This document shows, in pieces, positions 54,342-64,000 of a DNA stretch of 64,000 bases. The notes under the pieces were generated by a model, which ran no database searches, was not told the origin of the DNA, and saw nothing but the letters and a program-made list of their open reading frames with translations. The DNA comes from Terriglobales bacterium (lineage in GTDB: Bacteria > Acidobacteriota > Terriglobia > Terriglobales > Acidobacteriaceae). The DNA lies in contig JBHGBA010000003.1 in assembly GCA_041946775.1 (NCBI GenBank), positions 111,969 to 175,968 on the forward strand. Direction: 5' to 3'. The translations under genes were made by a program, and so were the position numbers. Positions within the stretch are counted from its first letter, which is position 1. Each line of letters opens with the position of its first letter.

Positions 54342-56792
54342 CTACTGGCGGGCTTCTGTTTCCGGCTGGGCCGTGGGCAGCGCGGGCAGCAGAGCGGGTT
54401 TCGCTTCGCCGAGCGGACGCTCGAAGGCGATCTGCAATACCTCATCCATCGTATCCACAAATCGCAGCTTCATGGCATTGCGCAAGTTCTCGGGAATGTC
54501 CGCGAGGTCCTTCTCGTTGTCCTTGGGAAGGATGGCCTCGAAGATGCCCGCCCGGTGTGCCGCCAGCAGCTTTTCTTTTAGACCGCCGATGGGGAGCACC
54601 TTGCCGCGCAGCGTAACTTCACCCGTCATGGCGACATCGCGGCGGACCGGAATGCCGCTCAGCGCGCTGGCGATTGCCGTGGCAATAGTGATGCCGGCAG
54701 AGGGCCCGTCCTTGGGTATGGCGCCTTCGGGCACGTGCACGTGAATGTCGAGGTTGCGGTAGAACTCCCGGTTGAGCCCGAGTTGCTGCGCACGCGAGCG
54801 CACATAGCTCATGGCCGCCTGTGCCGACTCCTGCATCACGTCGCCCAGTTTGCCCGTCAGGATCAGTTTGCCCTTGCCATCCACGATCGCAACTTCGGTG
54901 GTCAGAATCGAGCCGCCAACTTCCGTCCACGCCAGGCCGGTGACCAGGCCGACTTCGCTCTTTTCCGCGGCGCTGGTGTCGCGGAACTTGATGACGCCCA
55001 GGAACTCGGCGAGGTTCTCCGCCGTGATCGTGATTGAGTAAGTCTCGCCCTGCTTGACCACGCGGCGCGCGACCTTGCGGCAGATGTTGCCGATCTCGCG
55101 CTCCAGGTTGCGCACACCGGCCTCCCGGGTATAGGAGCGGATGATGCCGATGATCGCGTCGTCGGTGAAGGTGATGTTCTTTTCCGTCAGGCCAGCCTGC
55201 GTGCGCTGCTTCTTGATCAGGAATTGCTTGGCGATTTCCAGCTTCTCCGGCTCGGTGTAGCCGTGCAGGCGCAAGACCTCCATGCGGTCCTGCAAGGCCG
55301 GTGGAATGGTGTGCAACACGTTTGCCGTAGCGATGAAGAACACCTGCGACAGGTCGTACTCGACGTCTAGATAGTGGTCCACGAACATGTAGTTCTGTTC
55401 GGGGTCGAGCACTTCCAGCAGCGCCGCTGACGGATCGCCGCGAAAGTCCATGGACATTTTGTCCACTTCGTCGAGCATGAAGACCGGGTTCTTGGTGCCG
55501 GCCTTCTTCATCATTTGGATAATCTGCCCGGGCAGAGCGCCAATGTAGGTGCGCCGGTGGCCGCGGATTTCGGCCTCATCGCGCACGCCGCCCAGCGACA
55601 TACGGACGAACTTGCGTCCCGTGGCCTTGGCGATGGACATGCCCAGCGACGTCTTGCCCACTCCAGGAGGGCCTACGAAGCACAGGATTGAACCTTTGGG
55701 GTTCTTCACCAGTTGCCGGACGGCGAGGAACTCAAGGATGCGCTCCTTGATCTTCTCCAGCCCATAGTGATCTTCGTTCAGCACCTTCTCGGCGCGCTCG
55801 ATATTGCGGATTTCCTTGGAGCGCTTCTTCCACGGCACGGCCAGCAGCCAATCGAGATAATTGCGGGAAACCGTGGATTCGGCCGACATCGGCGGCATGG
55901 CCTCGAGCTTTTTCAGCTCGTTGATGGCCTTGTCGCGCGCTTCCTTCGGCATGCCGGCAGCTTCGATCTTCTTCTTCAGCTCGTCGAATTCACTCTTCTC
56001 GCCACGCCCGAGTTCCTTCTGAATGGCCTTGATCTTCTCGTTGAGGTAGTACTCTTTCTGGGCGCGCTCCATTTGCCGCTTGACGCGCGACTGGATGGTG
56101 CGGTCCATGTTGAGCTTCTCGATCTCGATGTCCAGCACGTCGGCCACGCGGCTGAGCCGCTCGGCAGGATCGAAGATCTCCAGCAGTTCCTGCTTTTCCT
56201 CGATGGAAAGTTGCAGGTTGGCGGCGATTGTGTCGGTCAGCTTCGCCGGGTCCTCCATGCGGACGGCGGCGATCATCGTTTCGTAGTTAAGCGACTGGCA
56301 GAGCTTGACATACTGCTCGAAAAGCTGGGTGACGCGCTGCATCGCCGCGTCCAGTTGCGGCGAGGGTTCCAGGACGTACCTGGCGGTCCGGACCGTGGCC
56401 TGCATGAAGCCGTCGGCATCGGCGACCTGGAGAATCTTGCCGCGCTCCAAGCCTTCCACCAGCACCTTGATGTTGCCGTCGGGCAGCTTGAGCGACTGCA
56501 CGATGTTGACGATCGTGCCCACCTGGTAAATCTCGTTGGGCTTGGGCTCGTCAATGCTGGCATCGTGCTGCGTGGCCAGAAAGATCTTCTTGTCTCCGGC
56601 CAGCGCCTCTTCCAGGGCGTGCACACTGGATTCCCGGCCCACCACGAAAGGCGTCATCATGTACGGAAAAATGACGACGTCCCGGATGGGCATCATCGGC
56701 AGCTTCTTGGTTTCGAACTTTTCTTTTTGACTCACGATAGTAATTCTAAATCCTGGAGGTACAGTTTTGGGGTGGGAACCGAGGGACGCCAC
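54342..56792 (-). CDS. lon: ATP-dependent Lon protease
   Basis: LON N-domain (PIRDVVIFP), Walker [10 protein letters not shown] and protease motif DGPSAGIT. The start codon is uncertain because the ORF opens with GTG. Confidence 0.95.
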   Translation of the reverse strand: MASLGSHPKTVPPGFRITIVSQKEKFETKKLPMMPIRDVVIFPYMMTPFVVGRESSVHALEEALAGDKKIFLATQHDASIDEPKPNEIYQVGTIVNIVQSLKLPDGNIKVLVEGLERGKILQVADADGFMQATVRTARYVLEPSPQLDAAMQRVTQLFEQYVKLCQSLNYETMIAAVRMEDPAKLTDTIAANLQLSIEEKQELLEIFDPAERLSRVADVLDIEIEKLNMDRTIQSRVKRQMERAQKEYYLNEKIKAIQKELGRGEKSEFDELKKKIEAAGMPKEARDKAINELKKLEAMPPMSAESTVSRNYLDWLLAVPWKKRSKEIRNIERAEKVLNEDHYGLEKIKERILEFLAVRQLVKNPKGSILCFVGPPGVGKTSLGMSIAKATGRKFVRMSLGGVRDEAEIRGHRRTYIGALPGQIIQMMKKAGTKNPVFMLDEVDKMSMDFRGDPSAALLEVLDPEQNYMFVDHYLDVEYDLSQVFFIATANVLHTIPPALQDRMEVLRLHGYTEPEKLEIAKQFLIKKQRTQAGLTEKNITFTDDAIIGIIRSYTREAGVRNLEREIGNICRKVARRVVKQGETYSITITAENLAEFLGVIKFRDTSAAEKSEVGLVTGLAWTEVGGSILTTEVAIVDGKGKLILTGKLGDVMQESAQAAMSYVRSRAQQLGLNREFYRNLDIHVHVPEGAIPKDGPSAGITIATAIASALSGIPVRRDVAMTGEVTLRGKVLPIGGLKEKLLAAHRAGIFEAILPKDNEKDLADIPENLRNAMKLRFVDTMDEVLQIAFERPLGEAKPALLPALPTAQPETEARQ

Positions 56793-56844
56793 CCGACGGT
56801 CACGTTACTTTTGAGCTTCAGCAGTTTTCCGCGTCCCGCAGGCC

Positions 56845-56859
56845 TGGCCCGTTGCTTGC
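56845..56859 (+). promoter_or_regulatory. weak sigma-54-like -24/-12 element TGGCCC-N5-TTGC
   Basis: ctggcccgttgcttgcg has correct GG/GC spacing. It lies about 250 nt upstream of the ATG at 57109. Confidence 0.2.
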
Positions 56860-57108
56860 GTAACAGAGCGGCCCCTCCTTTGTCGGATGCAGAATTCGCT
56901 CAGAATGCTTCAGCGGAACAGTAATTCGAGGCTACTACAGAGCGGGTCAAGTCGCAACCAGGTACCACGCCATTTGGGAGAATGGCCCATCTCGGGAACG
57001 CGAGCACCATTTTCCACGACGCCAGCGGCAAAGGCTATTGAAATGCAGTTTGGGGGGGTACTTTTTCGCGCCGGGGACTCAAAACTAAGTCAATGACGGG
57101 AGGTAATC

Positions 57109-57670
57109 ATGGTAAACATCCTCCGAAACTTAGCTGGCGTCTGCCTCGCTGCTGTTCTGATCCTCGTACAACTGGGTTGCGACTGCAGTAAGGAGGCCGG
57201 CATTTCGGGCACCGTAGGCCCCAACGGACCCAGCGTTACAGCTAGCGCTAAGGTGGTCTGCAATAGAGTGGCTCCGCAAGATCTGCAGGCGTATGCAAAC
57301 GCAACGAACAACTCCCTGTTTGATGTGCCGGCCTATATTGTTACTCGCGATCCAGCCGTCAATCCCACGGCAACTGTTACGGCAACTACTGATACCGGGC
57401 ACACGTATTCGCAGGTGTTCCCGCTCGTTTCAGTCGATCCTTCGCAGTTTGCCCCGGCAGTTTCGGGCTCACAAACATACGCCTTTGCGCCGCAGGATCC
57501 GGCTTCACTTAGAGCCTGGGTCCAGTGGGTTGCCAGGGTACGGCGATATTACTGTTTACTTTCGCTCGTACAATCAGTACGCGGGTATAGTCAATGGGGG
57601 GTCGGCAGTTTACACGCCGCCTGATCCGGACGGCCCCCCACCGTGCGACACTTGCTACGACCCACGTTGA
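57109..57670 (+). pseudogene. lipoprotein gene with an apparent +1 frame break near 57520-57545
   Basis: Frame 1 has GGGAGG RBS, lipobox LVQLGC and a plausible sequence up to ...ASLRAWVQWV. After that, only the +1 frame reads protein-like (GYGDITVYFRSYNQYAGIVNGGSAVYTPPDPDGPPPCDTCYDPR). Confidence 0.4.
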
Positions 57671-57736
57671 TTCTTGACTATGCTAATGAGCCCGGGAGCA
57701 GCCAGAGCCCGTGCTTCTTGCTGAGCACACATCCAT

Positions 57737-58522
57737 ATGGGCTTGAACATTCTTCGCGTTGGCACGATTGCAAGCGTAGTGCTTGGGAGTATCCTCGCCT
57801 ACCCCCTCTCGAATGACGGCACTGTCGCACTGGAGAAATTCCGGTCCGTGCTCCAGAATTATTTGCGAGACATGGCTGAGACCCCTCTGGAGGTTACAAG
57901 CACCGTAAGAATCTTTGACCTAAGTGGGAAGCTTCGCAAAGTCCGGAGAAACAAGTATCAGTTTGAGGTGACCAGTTTTCGCAAAGGCGGTGAGGCGTCG
58001 GTATCCGCCCACTCAAAGGGACTAAAGGGCCCATCTTGGCAGCAGATGTACACTGATTCCGCAGCTGTATTTGCCGCTTTTGCAATAGCAGAAGGCCACG
58101 AAGCGTACTCGATTGAAGTGCACAATACCGGTGGTGCGCCACTCGCGGTTCTGTATCGTTCCGCAAGGGAGTGCAAGTCGTTTGAGCCGGGTCCGAGTAA
58201 GGATGAGCAATGGCGTCTGGCCTTATGGTGCGGTGCGGGGCAGATTACCTTCGATAAAGACGATCTCGTTCCCGTAGACGCTCGCTTCGAAGCCGCGGGA
58301 TTGCCCCAGGAATCCGGAAAGAATACCTTGCGCTCGTATTATGTCCAGCAGGAGTTCCAGACGATATCTCTACCGGGTGAGAAAAGGCCTCTCTGCCTGT
58401 CCAAGAAAATCACGGCTACCTATGGCACCGCAGAAGGCCGCATTGTGGTTGAAAACGAATACATGCTGCACCAGGCCAGCACGCGTAAATGGCGCGATGC
58501 CATTAGAAGCCCCCGTCGTTAG
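57737..58522 (+). CDS. hypothetical protein with N-terminal signal/anchor
   Basis: 261 aa, AT-richer codon usage than the flanks, no recognised motif. Confidence 0.55.
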   Translation: MGLNILRVGTIASVVLGSILAYPLSNDGTVALEKFRSVLQNYLRDMAETPLEVTSTVRIFDLSGKLRKVRRNKYQFEVTSFRKGGEASVSAHSKGLKGPSWQQMYTDSAAVFAAFAIAEGHEAYSIEVHNTGGAPLAVLYRSARECKSFEPGPSKDEQWRLALWCGAGQITFDKDDLVPVDARFEAAGLPQESGKNTLRSYYVQQEFQTISLPGEKRPLCLSKKITATYGTAEGRIVVENEYMLHQASTRKWRDAIRSPRR

Positions 58523-58608
58523 AAAGGAGCTGTCACACCCATTGCACTCGAACGGGATGGTGACCCCATCCCGTGATATCGCCAGCATGGTGTGCAGCTC
58601 GCGAGCCA

Positions 58609-59883
58609 CTATCCCGCCTTCTCCATGGCGGCCAGCGATACGTCGCGTTTCTCCACCATTTCGGCGGTGACCTCGAACTCCTTCACCTTCTTCTGGCTGG
58701 GGAGGTGGTACATGAGGTCGAGCATCAGCTCTTCGAGGATCATGCGCAGGCCGCGGGCGCCGACCTTGCGGTTCAACGCTTCGCGCGCAATCGCCCGCAA
58801 CGCTTCCGGGGTGAACGTCAGCTTCACGTTCTCGAATTCGAACAGGCGCTGATACTGCTTGGTGATGGCGTTGCGCGGCCGGGTCAGGATCTCCATCAGC
58901 GCCGCTTCGTCCAGGTCATTGAGCACGCCGATTACCGGCACGCGGCCGACGAACTCCGGAATCAGGCCAAACTTGATAAGGTCCTGCGGCTGCACTTGCT
59001 GGAGCGTCTCGGCGTCGCGCCGGTTCGCTGCCACGTACTCTTCGCCCGGCTTGTCAGGCTGGGTCTTGAATCCGAGTTGCTTTTTGCCGACGCGTCGGCC
59101 AATGATCTTTTCCAGGCCGACGAACGCGCCACCGCAGATGAACAGGATATTGGTGGTGTCCACCGGCGTGAACTCCTGGTGGGGGTGCTTGCGTCCGCCC
59201 TGCGGCGGAACGTTGGCGACCGTCCCTTCCAGGATCTTCAGCAGCGCCTGCTGCACGCCTTCGCCGCTGACGTCGCGTGTGATCGAGGGGTTCTCGTCCT
59301 TGCGGCCGATCTTGTCGATCTCGTCGATGTAGATCATGCCGGTCTGCGCTCGGCCCACATCGCCTTCGGCGGCCTGAAGCAGCTTCAGGATGATGTTCTC
59401 CACATCTTCTCCAACATAGCCTGCCTCTGTCAGGGTGGTGGCGTCCACGATCGCGAAGGGCACATCGAGCATCTTGGCCAGGGTCTGCGCCAACAAGGTC
59501 TTGCCGGTGCCGGTGGGGCCAATCAGCAAGATGTTGGACTTCGTCAACTCCACGCCGTCGGTCCGCTGCCGGTTCATATAAATGCGCTTGTAATGGTTAT
59601 AGACGGCGACGGCCAGCTTCTTCTTGGTCTGCTGCTGCCCGATAACGTACTCGTCGAGGAAGGTCTTGACCTCCTGCGGCTTGGGCAAATGGTTGGGCGC
59701 GGCGGCAGTGCGCGACTCGGTGCGGTCATCCTCCAGAATGGAGTTGCATACGGCCACGCACTCGTCGCAGATGTACGCGCGAGGATAATCGCTGGGCGAT
59801 GAGATCAGCTTGGCGACGGCGTCCTGCGATTTATGACAAAAAGAACAGCGCAGAACTTCGTCGGAACCAGACCTGGTTTTCAC
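58609..59883 (-). CDS. clpX: ATP-dependent Clp protease ATP-binding subunit ClpX
   Basis: GTG start with GGAG RBS, zinc finger CSFCHKS...CDEC, Walker A GPTGTGKT. Confidence 0.95.
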   Translation of the reverse strand: MKTRSGSDEVLRCSFCHKSQDAVAKLISSPSDYPRAYICDECVAVCNSILEDDRTESRTAAAPNHLPKPQEVKTFLDEYVIGQQQTKKKLAVAVYNHYKRIYMNRQRTDGVELTKSNILLIGPTGTGKTLLAQTLAKMLDVPFAIVDATTLTEAGYVGEDVENIILKLLQAAEGDVGRAQTGMIYIDEIDKIGRKDENPSITRDVSGEGVQQALLKILEGTVANVPPQGGRKHPHQEFTPVDTTNILFICGGAFVGLEKIIGRRVGKKQLGFKTQPDKPGEEYVAANRRDAETLQQVQPQDLIKFGLIPEFVGRVPVIGVLNDLDEAALMEILTRPRNAITKQYQRLFEFENVKLTFTPEALRAIAREALNRKVGARGLRMILEELMLDLMYHLPSQKKVKEFEVTAEMVEKRDVSLAAMEKAG

Positions 59884-59985
59884 AGAAATACTCCTTCTCC
59901 CTTGCCCCGCACGGTTGGGCCGGGAACCGTGCCACCCGCTCGGCCGGACGCCCAGGTGCCTGGCGTTCGCCCCCGACAACATTAT

Positions 59986-60576
59986 CTACCTGGGCTTATC
60001 AATAATGTCGTCCACAATTCCATACTCTTTCGCCTGGTGCGCGTTCATGATGAAATCGCGCTCCACGTCTTTCTCTACCTTGTCCAGCCGCTGGCCGGTG
60101 TGCTTGGCGAGCAACTGGTTCAAAATCTCGCGCATGCGCAGGATCTCGCGTGCATGGATGTCAATGTCGGTCGCCTGACCGGAGAGCCCGCCGCCCATAA
60201 TGAGCGGCTGATGGATCAGGATACGCGACGTGGGCAGTGCAAAACGCTTGCCCTTGGTCCCCGCGGCCAGCAGCATGGCACCCATCGAGGCCGCCTGTCC
60301 AATGCAGATCGTCATGACATCGTTACGGATGTACTGCATAGTGTCGTAGACGGCCATGCCCGCGGTAATAGACCCGCCCGGCGAGTTTATGTACAACTGG
60401 ATGTCCTTTTCTGGGTCTTCGGCCGCCAGGAACAGCAATTGCGCAATGATCAGGTTCGCGACGTTGTCGTCAATCGGAGTACCGAGAAAAATGATGTTGT
60501 CACGCAGCAGACGCGAGTAAATGTCATAGGCCCGCTCGCCTCGTCCCGTCTGCTCAATTACCATCGGAACCAGCAT
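59986..60576 (-). CDS. clpP: ATP-dependent Clp protease proteolytic subunit
   Basis: YINSPGGS and GQAASMG (catalytic Ser) motifs. Confidence 0.95.
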   Translation of the reverse strand: MLVPMVIEQTGRGERAYDIYSRLLRDNIIFLGTPIDDNVANLIIAQLLFLAAEDPEKDIQLYINSPGGSITAGMAVYDTMQYIRNDVMTICIGQAASMGAMLLAAGTKGKRFALPTSRILIHQPLIMGGGLSGQATDIDIHAREILRMREILNQLLAKHTGQRLDKVEKDVERDFIMNAHQAKEYGIVDDIIDKPR

Positions 60577-60702
60577 CCGTCCGGTCCTTTCACATGCAGC
60601 CGCTTACACCCCCACCCCGGCGCTGCATGTTTCTCTGGGGGAGAGTAAAAACCTAATCGCCAGACGCAGCGCGCGGCAGCCGTAGCATGCGCGCATCTGC
60701 CG

Positions 60703-62004
60703 TCAGGCGGACTTGCGATACAGATAATCGAGGGTCTTCTCGTTGCGGATTCTACCGCGGATTCTATCGAGGGCCCCATCACGCGTCAAACGCTCGCGTA
60801 GCTCTTCGGGCCTCTGCCGCGATTGCGCCGCCAGCGCCTCGATCTCGCGGTCCACCTCCTCGTCGCTCACCTCGATCTTCTCGAGCTCGGCGATGCGATC
60901 CAGAATGAGCGAGACCTTCACTTCCTTCAGGGCCGATTCGCGCTGACCGGCGCGGAGCCGCGAAAAATCCATTTTCTTCAGGTGCTCGGAACGCATGCCC
61001 TGTGCCACCAGCGCGCGCAGACCACGGTCCAGACGTAGATCAATCTGATGCTCCACCAGCGCTTCCGGCACTGGGAAATCATGCTGCTTTACCAGTTCTT
61101 CGACAATCCTCTCCTTGGCCTCGTGTTCGGCCTGGTGTTCCTTTTCCGCCCGAATGCCGTCCCGGATGCGCTGCTTCAGCGCGTCCAGGTTTTCGAATTC
61201 CCCCACCTGCTTGGCGAACTCGTCGTTAAGTTCTGCCAGGTGCTTCTGCTTAATGCCCTTAATGGTGACCGTGTACGTAAACGTGCGGCCGGCAAGCCGG
61301 CTGTCGGAAAAGTCCTGCGGATAAACTACCTCGAACGTCCGCACGTCGCCCACGTTGGCGCCCCGCAGGTTCTCCGTAAATTCCTTGACGGTATTCGAGC
61401 CGCCGATCTCCACCATCACATCGTCAACGTTGACCGGTTGGGCCGCGGCTGCCTCGGCGTCTTCGGCCGGTTTGGGCGCACCGGTGAACGAAGCCTGGGC
61501 GTAGTCGCCCTCCTGCAACGCCCGGCCTTCGACGACGCTGTAGGTCGCGTTCTGCTCGCGCAGGTTGTTCAGCGCGGCCTCCACCTCCTCGTCGCTGACC
61601 GTGGCCTCCTTCTTCTCGGGCCGAAGTTCCTGGTATCCGCTGACTTCGATTTCCGGCAGCACTTCGAACGTTGCCTTAAAACGCAGCGGTTCGCCTTCAT
61701 GGATGTGCAGGTCGGTCACGCGCGGCTGCGAAACCGGCTTCAGACCCTGCTTTTCGGCTTCCCGGCGGAAGTATTTGGGCACCAGGTCCTCGGCGACTTC
61801 GCTCTTCAGGTCATCGGCGAAGCGCTGGCGGATAATGGAAGCAGGTACTTTACCCCTGCGGAAGCCGGGAATGCGGGCGAGCTTTTGATATTTCTGCACC
61901 AGGCTCTCGGTTGCGGTAGAGACCACGTCCGCGGGGATTTCGACCTGGATTTCGCGCGTGCAGCTAGCTTTGCTTTCAGTGGAATTCAAGGGAGACCAAT
62001 CCAA
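60703..62004 (-). CDS. tig: trigger factor
   Basis: N-terminal ribosome-binding GFRRGKVP motif, central FKBP-like domain and C-terminal arms. The start is a TTG (62004 or 61989). Confidence 0.9.
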   Translation of the reverse strand: MDWSPLNSTESKASCTREIQVEIPADVVSTATESLVQKYQKLARIPGFRRGKVPASIIRQRFADDLKSEVAEDLVPKYFRREAEKQGLKPVSQPRVTDLHIHEGEPLRFKATFEVLPEIEVSGYQELRPEKKEATVSDEEVEAALNNLREQNATYSVVEGRALQEGDYAQASFTGAPKPAEDAEAAAAQPVNVDDVMVEIGGSNTVKEFTENLRGANVGDVRTFEVVYPQDFSDSRLAGRTFTYTVTIKGIKQKHLAELNDEFAKQVGEFENLDALKQRIRDGIRAEKEHQAEHEAKERIVEELVKQHDFPVPEALVEHQIDLRLDRGLRALVAQGMRSEHLKKMDFSRLRAGQRESALKEVKVSLILDRIAELEKIEVSDEEVDREIEALAAQSRQRPEELRERLTRDGALDRIRGRIRNEKTLDYLYRKSA

Positions 62005-62107
62005 AAATTAGATTTGAGTGAACAGCTCGGCGTTCCAAAACTCCTGCCTACTAATACTAGAAGAGGGCCAGAAGAACGGTCAAACCAGCCAAAGTCATCC
62101 CCGCGGT

Positions 62108-62135
62108 CCGGTGATCGGGTGATCTGGTGATCTGA
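62108..62135. repeat. single-arm heptamer array (GGTGATC)x3
   Basis: ccggtgatcgggtgatctggtgatctga, in the tig/udg divergent intergenic region. Confidence 0.6.
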
Positions 62136-62236
62136 CCTAGGATAGCGTCCTGGTCTCGGCGGCGGGCCCAGTCCGAACCCGCTCCCTCAATCGGCAGTTC
62201 CACGAGTTCGTCAGTTGGCTGGGCTGCGATAAGCTG

Positions 62237-62983
62237 ATGACAACGAGCATGTCCACCAAACCCAATGCGTTTTCTGCGCTTGCAGTGCTGAATTGCGAAT
62301 TGGTCAATTGCCGGCGCTGCCCGCGGCTAGTGGCGTATCGCGAGCAGATTGGCCGCGAAAAGCGCCGCGCCTACCTGGAGTGGGAATACTGGGCGCGGCC
62401 CGTGCCGGGGTTCGGCGACCCCAACGGGCGAGTGCTGGTCCTCGGACTCGCGCCGGGCGCACACGGCTCTAACCGCACCGGCCGCATGTTCACCGGCGAT
62501 TCCTCAGGACGGTTCTTGTACGGCGTGCTGCATGCGACGGGCTTCGCCTCGCACGCGGTCGCCACTCATCGCGAAGACGGCCTGCGCCTGCGCGACTGCT
62601 ACATTACGGCTGCCGTCCGATGTGCGCCTCCGGGAAATAGGCCGTTGCCGGAGGAAATCGCCAACTGTGCCGAGTTCCTCGACCGCGAGCTGGCGATGCT
62701 GTCGAATGTGCGCGTAGTGGTGGCTCTGGGGCGCATCGGGTTCGACGCCTATCTCAATCACCTCAAGCGGCGCGGATTGCTGAAGAACAAAGCGCAGTAT
62801 GTGTTCGCGCACGGCGCGCATTATAAAATGCCGGATGGGCGCATTCTGCTGGCGTCCTATCACCCCTCCAACCAGAACACCCAGACGGGAAAGCTGACGC
62901 GGCAGATGTTTATGAGGATTTTTCGTGAGGCCGCACGATTTTGTAGCGCCGCCGTCCCGGCGGCGGGCCCCAGCCGTCCTTGA
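62237..62983 (+). CDS. uracil-DNA glycosylase superfamily protein, Fe-S family 4/5 type (probably family 5)
   Basis: CRRCPRL, GLAPGAHGSNRTGRMFTGDSSG and HPSNQN motifs. Confidence 0.8.
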   Translation: MTTSMSTKPNAFSALAVLNCELVNCRRCPRLVAYREQIGREKRRAYLEWEYWARPVPGFGDPNGRVLVLGLAPGAHGSNRTGRMFTGDSSGRFLYGVLHATGFASHAVATHREDGLRLRDCYITAAVRCAPPGNRPLPEEIANCAEFLDRELAMLSNVRVVVALGRIGFDAYLNHLKRRGLLKNKAQYVFAHGAHYKMPDGRILLASYHPSNQNTQTGKLTRQMFMRIFREAARFCSAAVPAAGPSRP

Positions 62984-63034
62984 AGTTTGCGTTGGTTTTG
63001 TAGCGCCACCGTCCCGGCGGCGGGCCACAGCCGT
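62939..63034. repeat. two tandem copies (57-nt period) of TTTTGTAGCGCCRCCGTCCCGGCGGCGGGCCMCAGCCGT
   Basis: Reverse-complement orientation of the hairpin module seen at 5141-5213, 49017-49088 and 52192-52273. The first copy overlaps the last 15 codons of the glycosylase ORF. Confidence 0.8.
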
Positions 63035-63087
63035 GGACGCGACTTGCCAGCGAGCGGAGTTGAGGGATCTCGGGTTTGTGGCCCGGT

Positions 63088-63249
63088 TTACGCCATGCGC
63101 CGTGCCTTGCTCTTCATCTGCTGCTCGCATTCCTCCTCGCGGCGCTCGTAGAGGTCGCGATACACGAGCATGGCCCCGTGCAGCAGCGCCATGACGGCGA
63201 GCAGGACGAGCACATATCCCACCACGATAGCGACATGCATCCAGGTCAT
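63088..63249 (-). CDS. small single-TM protein (53 aa), below the ORF-track size cutoff
   Basis: GAGGTGA RBS. MTWMHVAIVVGYVLVLLAVMALLHGAMLVYRDLYERREEECEQQMKSKARRMA. Confidence 0.4.
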   Translation of the reverse strand: MTWMHVAIVVGYVLVLLAVMALLHGAMLVYRDLYERREEECEQQMKSKARRMA

Positions 63250-63359
63250 GAGCTCACCTCGCCCAGGCCAGACTGTGCGGCCCCTGAATTGTGATGCAGA
63301 GCAGGAATGGTTGATAGGACGGGTTGAACGGCGCCGGTTACTTAAGTTTCAGGCGGGTT

Positions 63360-64000
63360 TCATCGTGAAACGATAGCCACCCACTCCGGACCGCGCCGTG
63401 CCTCGTAGATCAGCTTGCCGCCCAGCGCAGCCGCCGCCGCTTCGGGTGAAAGATCGCGGTGGTAGTCGAAGTATTTGGTCTGCATACGCTCCCACCAGCC
63501 TCCAAGCTGATAGGCGGGCTCGTGTTTCGTTGAGAAGACGTAGGCGTAATTGAACGAGTGGCTCTGTATTTGCTGGTCGGCCAGTTGCGATGCGCTGAAG
63601 TTCTCGATTGCGACGACCGGGATGGGCTGCTTGACGTAGCCGAGATATGGCTTATGTAACTCGTCCGCCGCGGGCCACGCGGTGAGCACGGCAGCGGGCG
63701 CCAGCGCTGCCAGTTTTTCGGCTGCCTGCTTGTGGAGGCGGACGTAGTCAGCGTAGGTCAGGTTGTCTTCCGGCGCGATGCGGTATGGCGGATTAACAAA
63801 CAGGCCCGCGATGAAGGCGGCTGCCGCAATCGCAATCGCTGCCGGCCACCAGGCGAGGCGTCGCCACAGCGTGGAAACACAAACAATGATCACCAGCGGA
63901 TACGCCGGCAGCAGATAACGCGCAATCACCGCGCCGCCCACCGCCGCCAGCGCAATGGTGTAGGCCGCAACAACAACGCCAAACACGAGTTGTTTCGGCA
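63360..64000 (-). CDS. C-terminal part of a polytopic membrane protein (possibly a GT39/ArnT-like glycosyltransferase); truncated by the window edge
   Basis: The ORF is open to the window end. Several TM helices are followed by a soluble C-terminal domain. The family assignment is weak. Confidence 0.5.
   Translation of the reverse strand, partial: PKQLVFGVVVAAYTIALAAVGGAVIARYLLPAYPLVIIVCVSTLWRRLAWWPAAIAIAAAAFIAGLFVNPPYRIAPEDNLTYADYVRLHKQAAEKLAALAPAAVLTAWPAADELHKPYLGYVKQPIPVVAIENFSASQLADQQIQSHSFNYAYVFSTKHEPAYQLGGWWERMQTKYFDYHRDLSPEAAAAALGGKLIYEARRGPEWVAIVSR

Noticed and set aside
1-64000. tRNA, rRNA, tmRNA, riboswitch, transposase/integrase or prophage signatures
   Set aside because: I saw no T-loop (GGTTCGAATCC-like) motifs, no rRNA-like stretches, no recognisable riboswitch cores in leaders and no recombinase-like ORFs. 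Absence is judged by eye only.

Overview
GC-rich, densely coding bacterial chromosomal window. Gene content and repeat style suggest an Acidobacteriota-like soil bacterium, but that is inference only. All calls come from reading the ORF translations and the DNA by eye; no searches were run. Non-coding coordinates may be off by 1-2 nt.

I support about 65 protein genes. I saw no rRNA, tRNA, CRISPR array, transposase or integrase.

Main blocks:
- 5-9705: pyrF, glutaryl-CoA dehydrogenase, glpX, and a GH65 phosphorylase / USP / beta-phosphoglucomutase-type operon.
- 10675-16348: a minus-strand envelope cluster with ABC-2 transporter, LolA-like protein, TPR-Omp85-like barrel, C39-like peptidase and a small anchored protein.
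- 16982-32385: a respiratory supercluster. It holds an aa3-type oxidase operon with ctaB, convergent with a hemH / Rieske / split cytochrome b / octahaem cytochrome c / cupredoxin operon.
- 33216-43053: two sigma-54 two-component pairs.
- 43550-53203: cytochrome c, rhodanese, RND efflux, OsmC and an ECF sigma factor.
- 53203-62004: yjbQ, engB, lon, clpX, clpP and tig. The protease cluster is interrupted between lon and clpX by an AT-richer two-gene insert.
- 62237-64000: a family 4/5 uracil-DNA glycosylase, a small membrane ORF and a partial membrane protein.

Best candidate for an undescribed system (37345-43053): a tightly overlapping five-gene unit of FeS protein, NrfD-like membrane protein, sensor kinase with CxxCH motifs in its outer loop, sigma-54 regulator and archaemetzincin-type protease. 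No catalytic partner is encoded.

Other notable items:
- The C39 / TPR-Omp85 cluster.
- An ECF sigma factor fused to a zinc anti-sigma motif.
- An AT-rich single-gene island at 3008-3901.
- Three families of intergenic repeats. One has an unusual architecture: inverted arrays of degenerate heptamers that exactly fill the gaps between genes.
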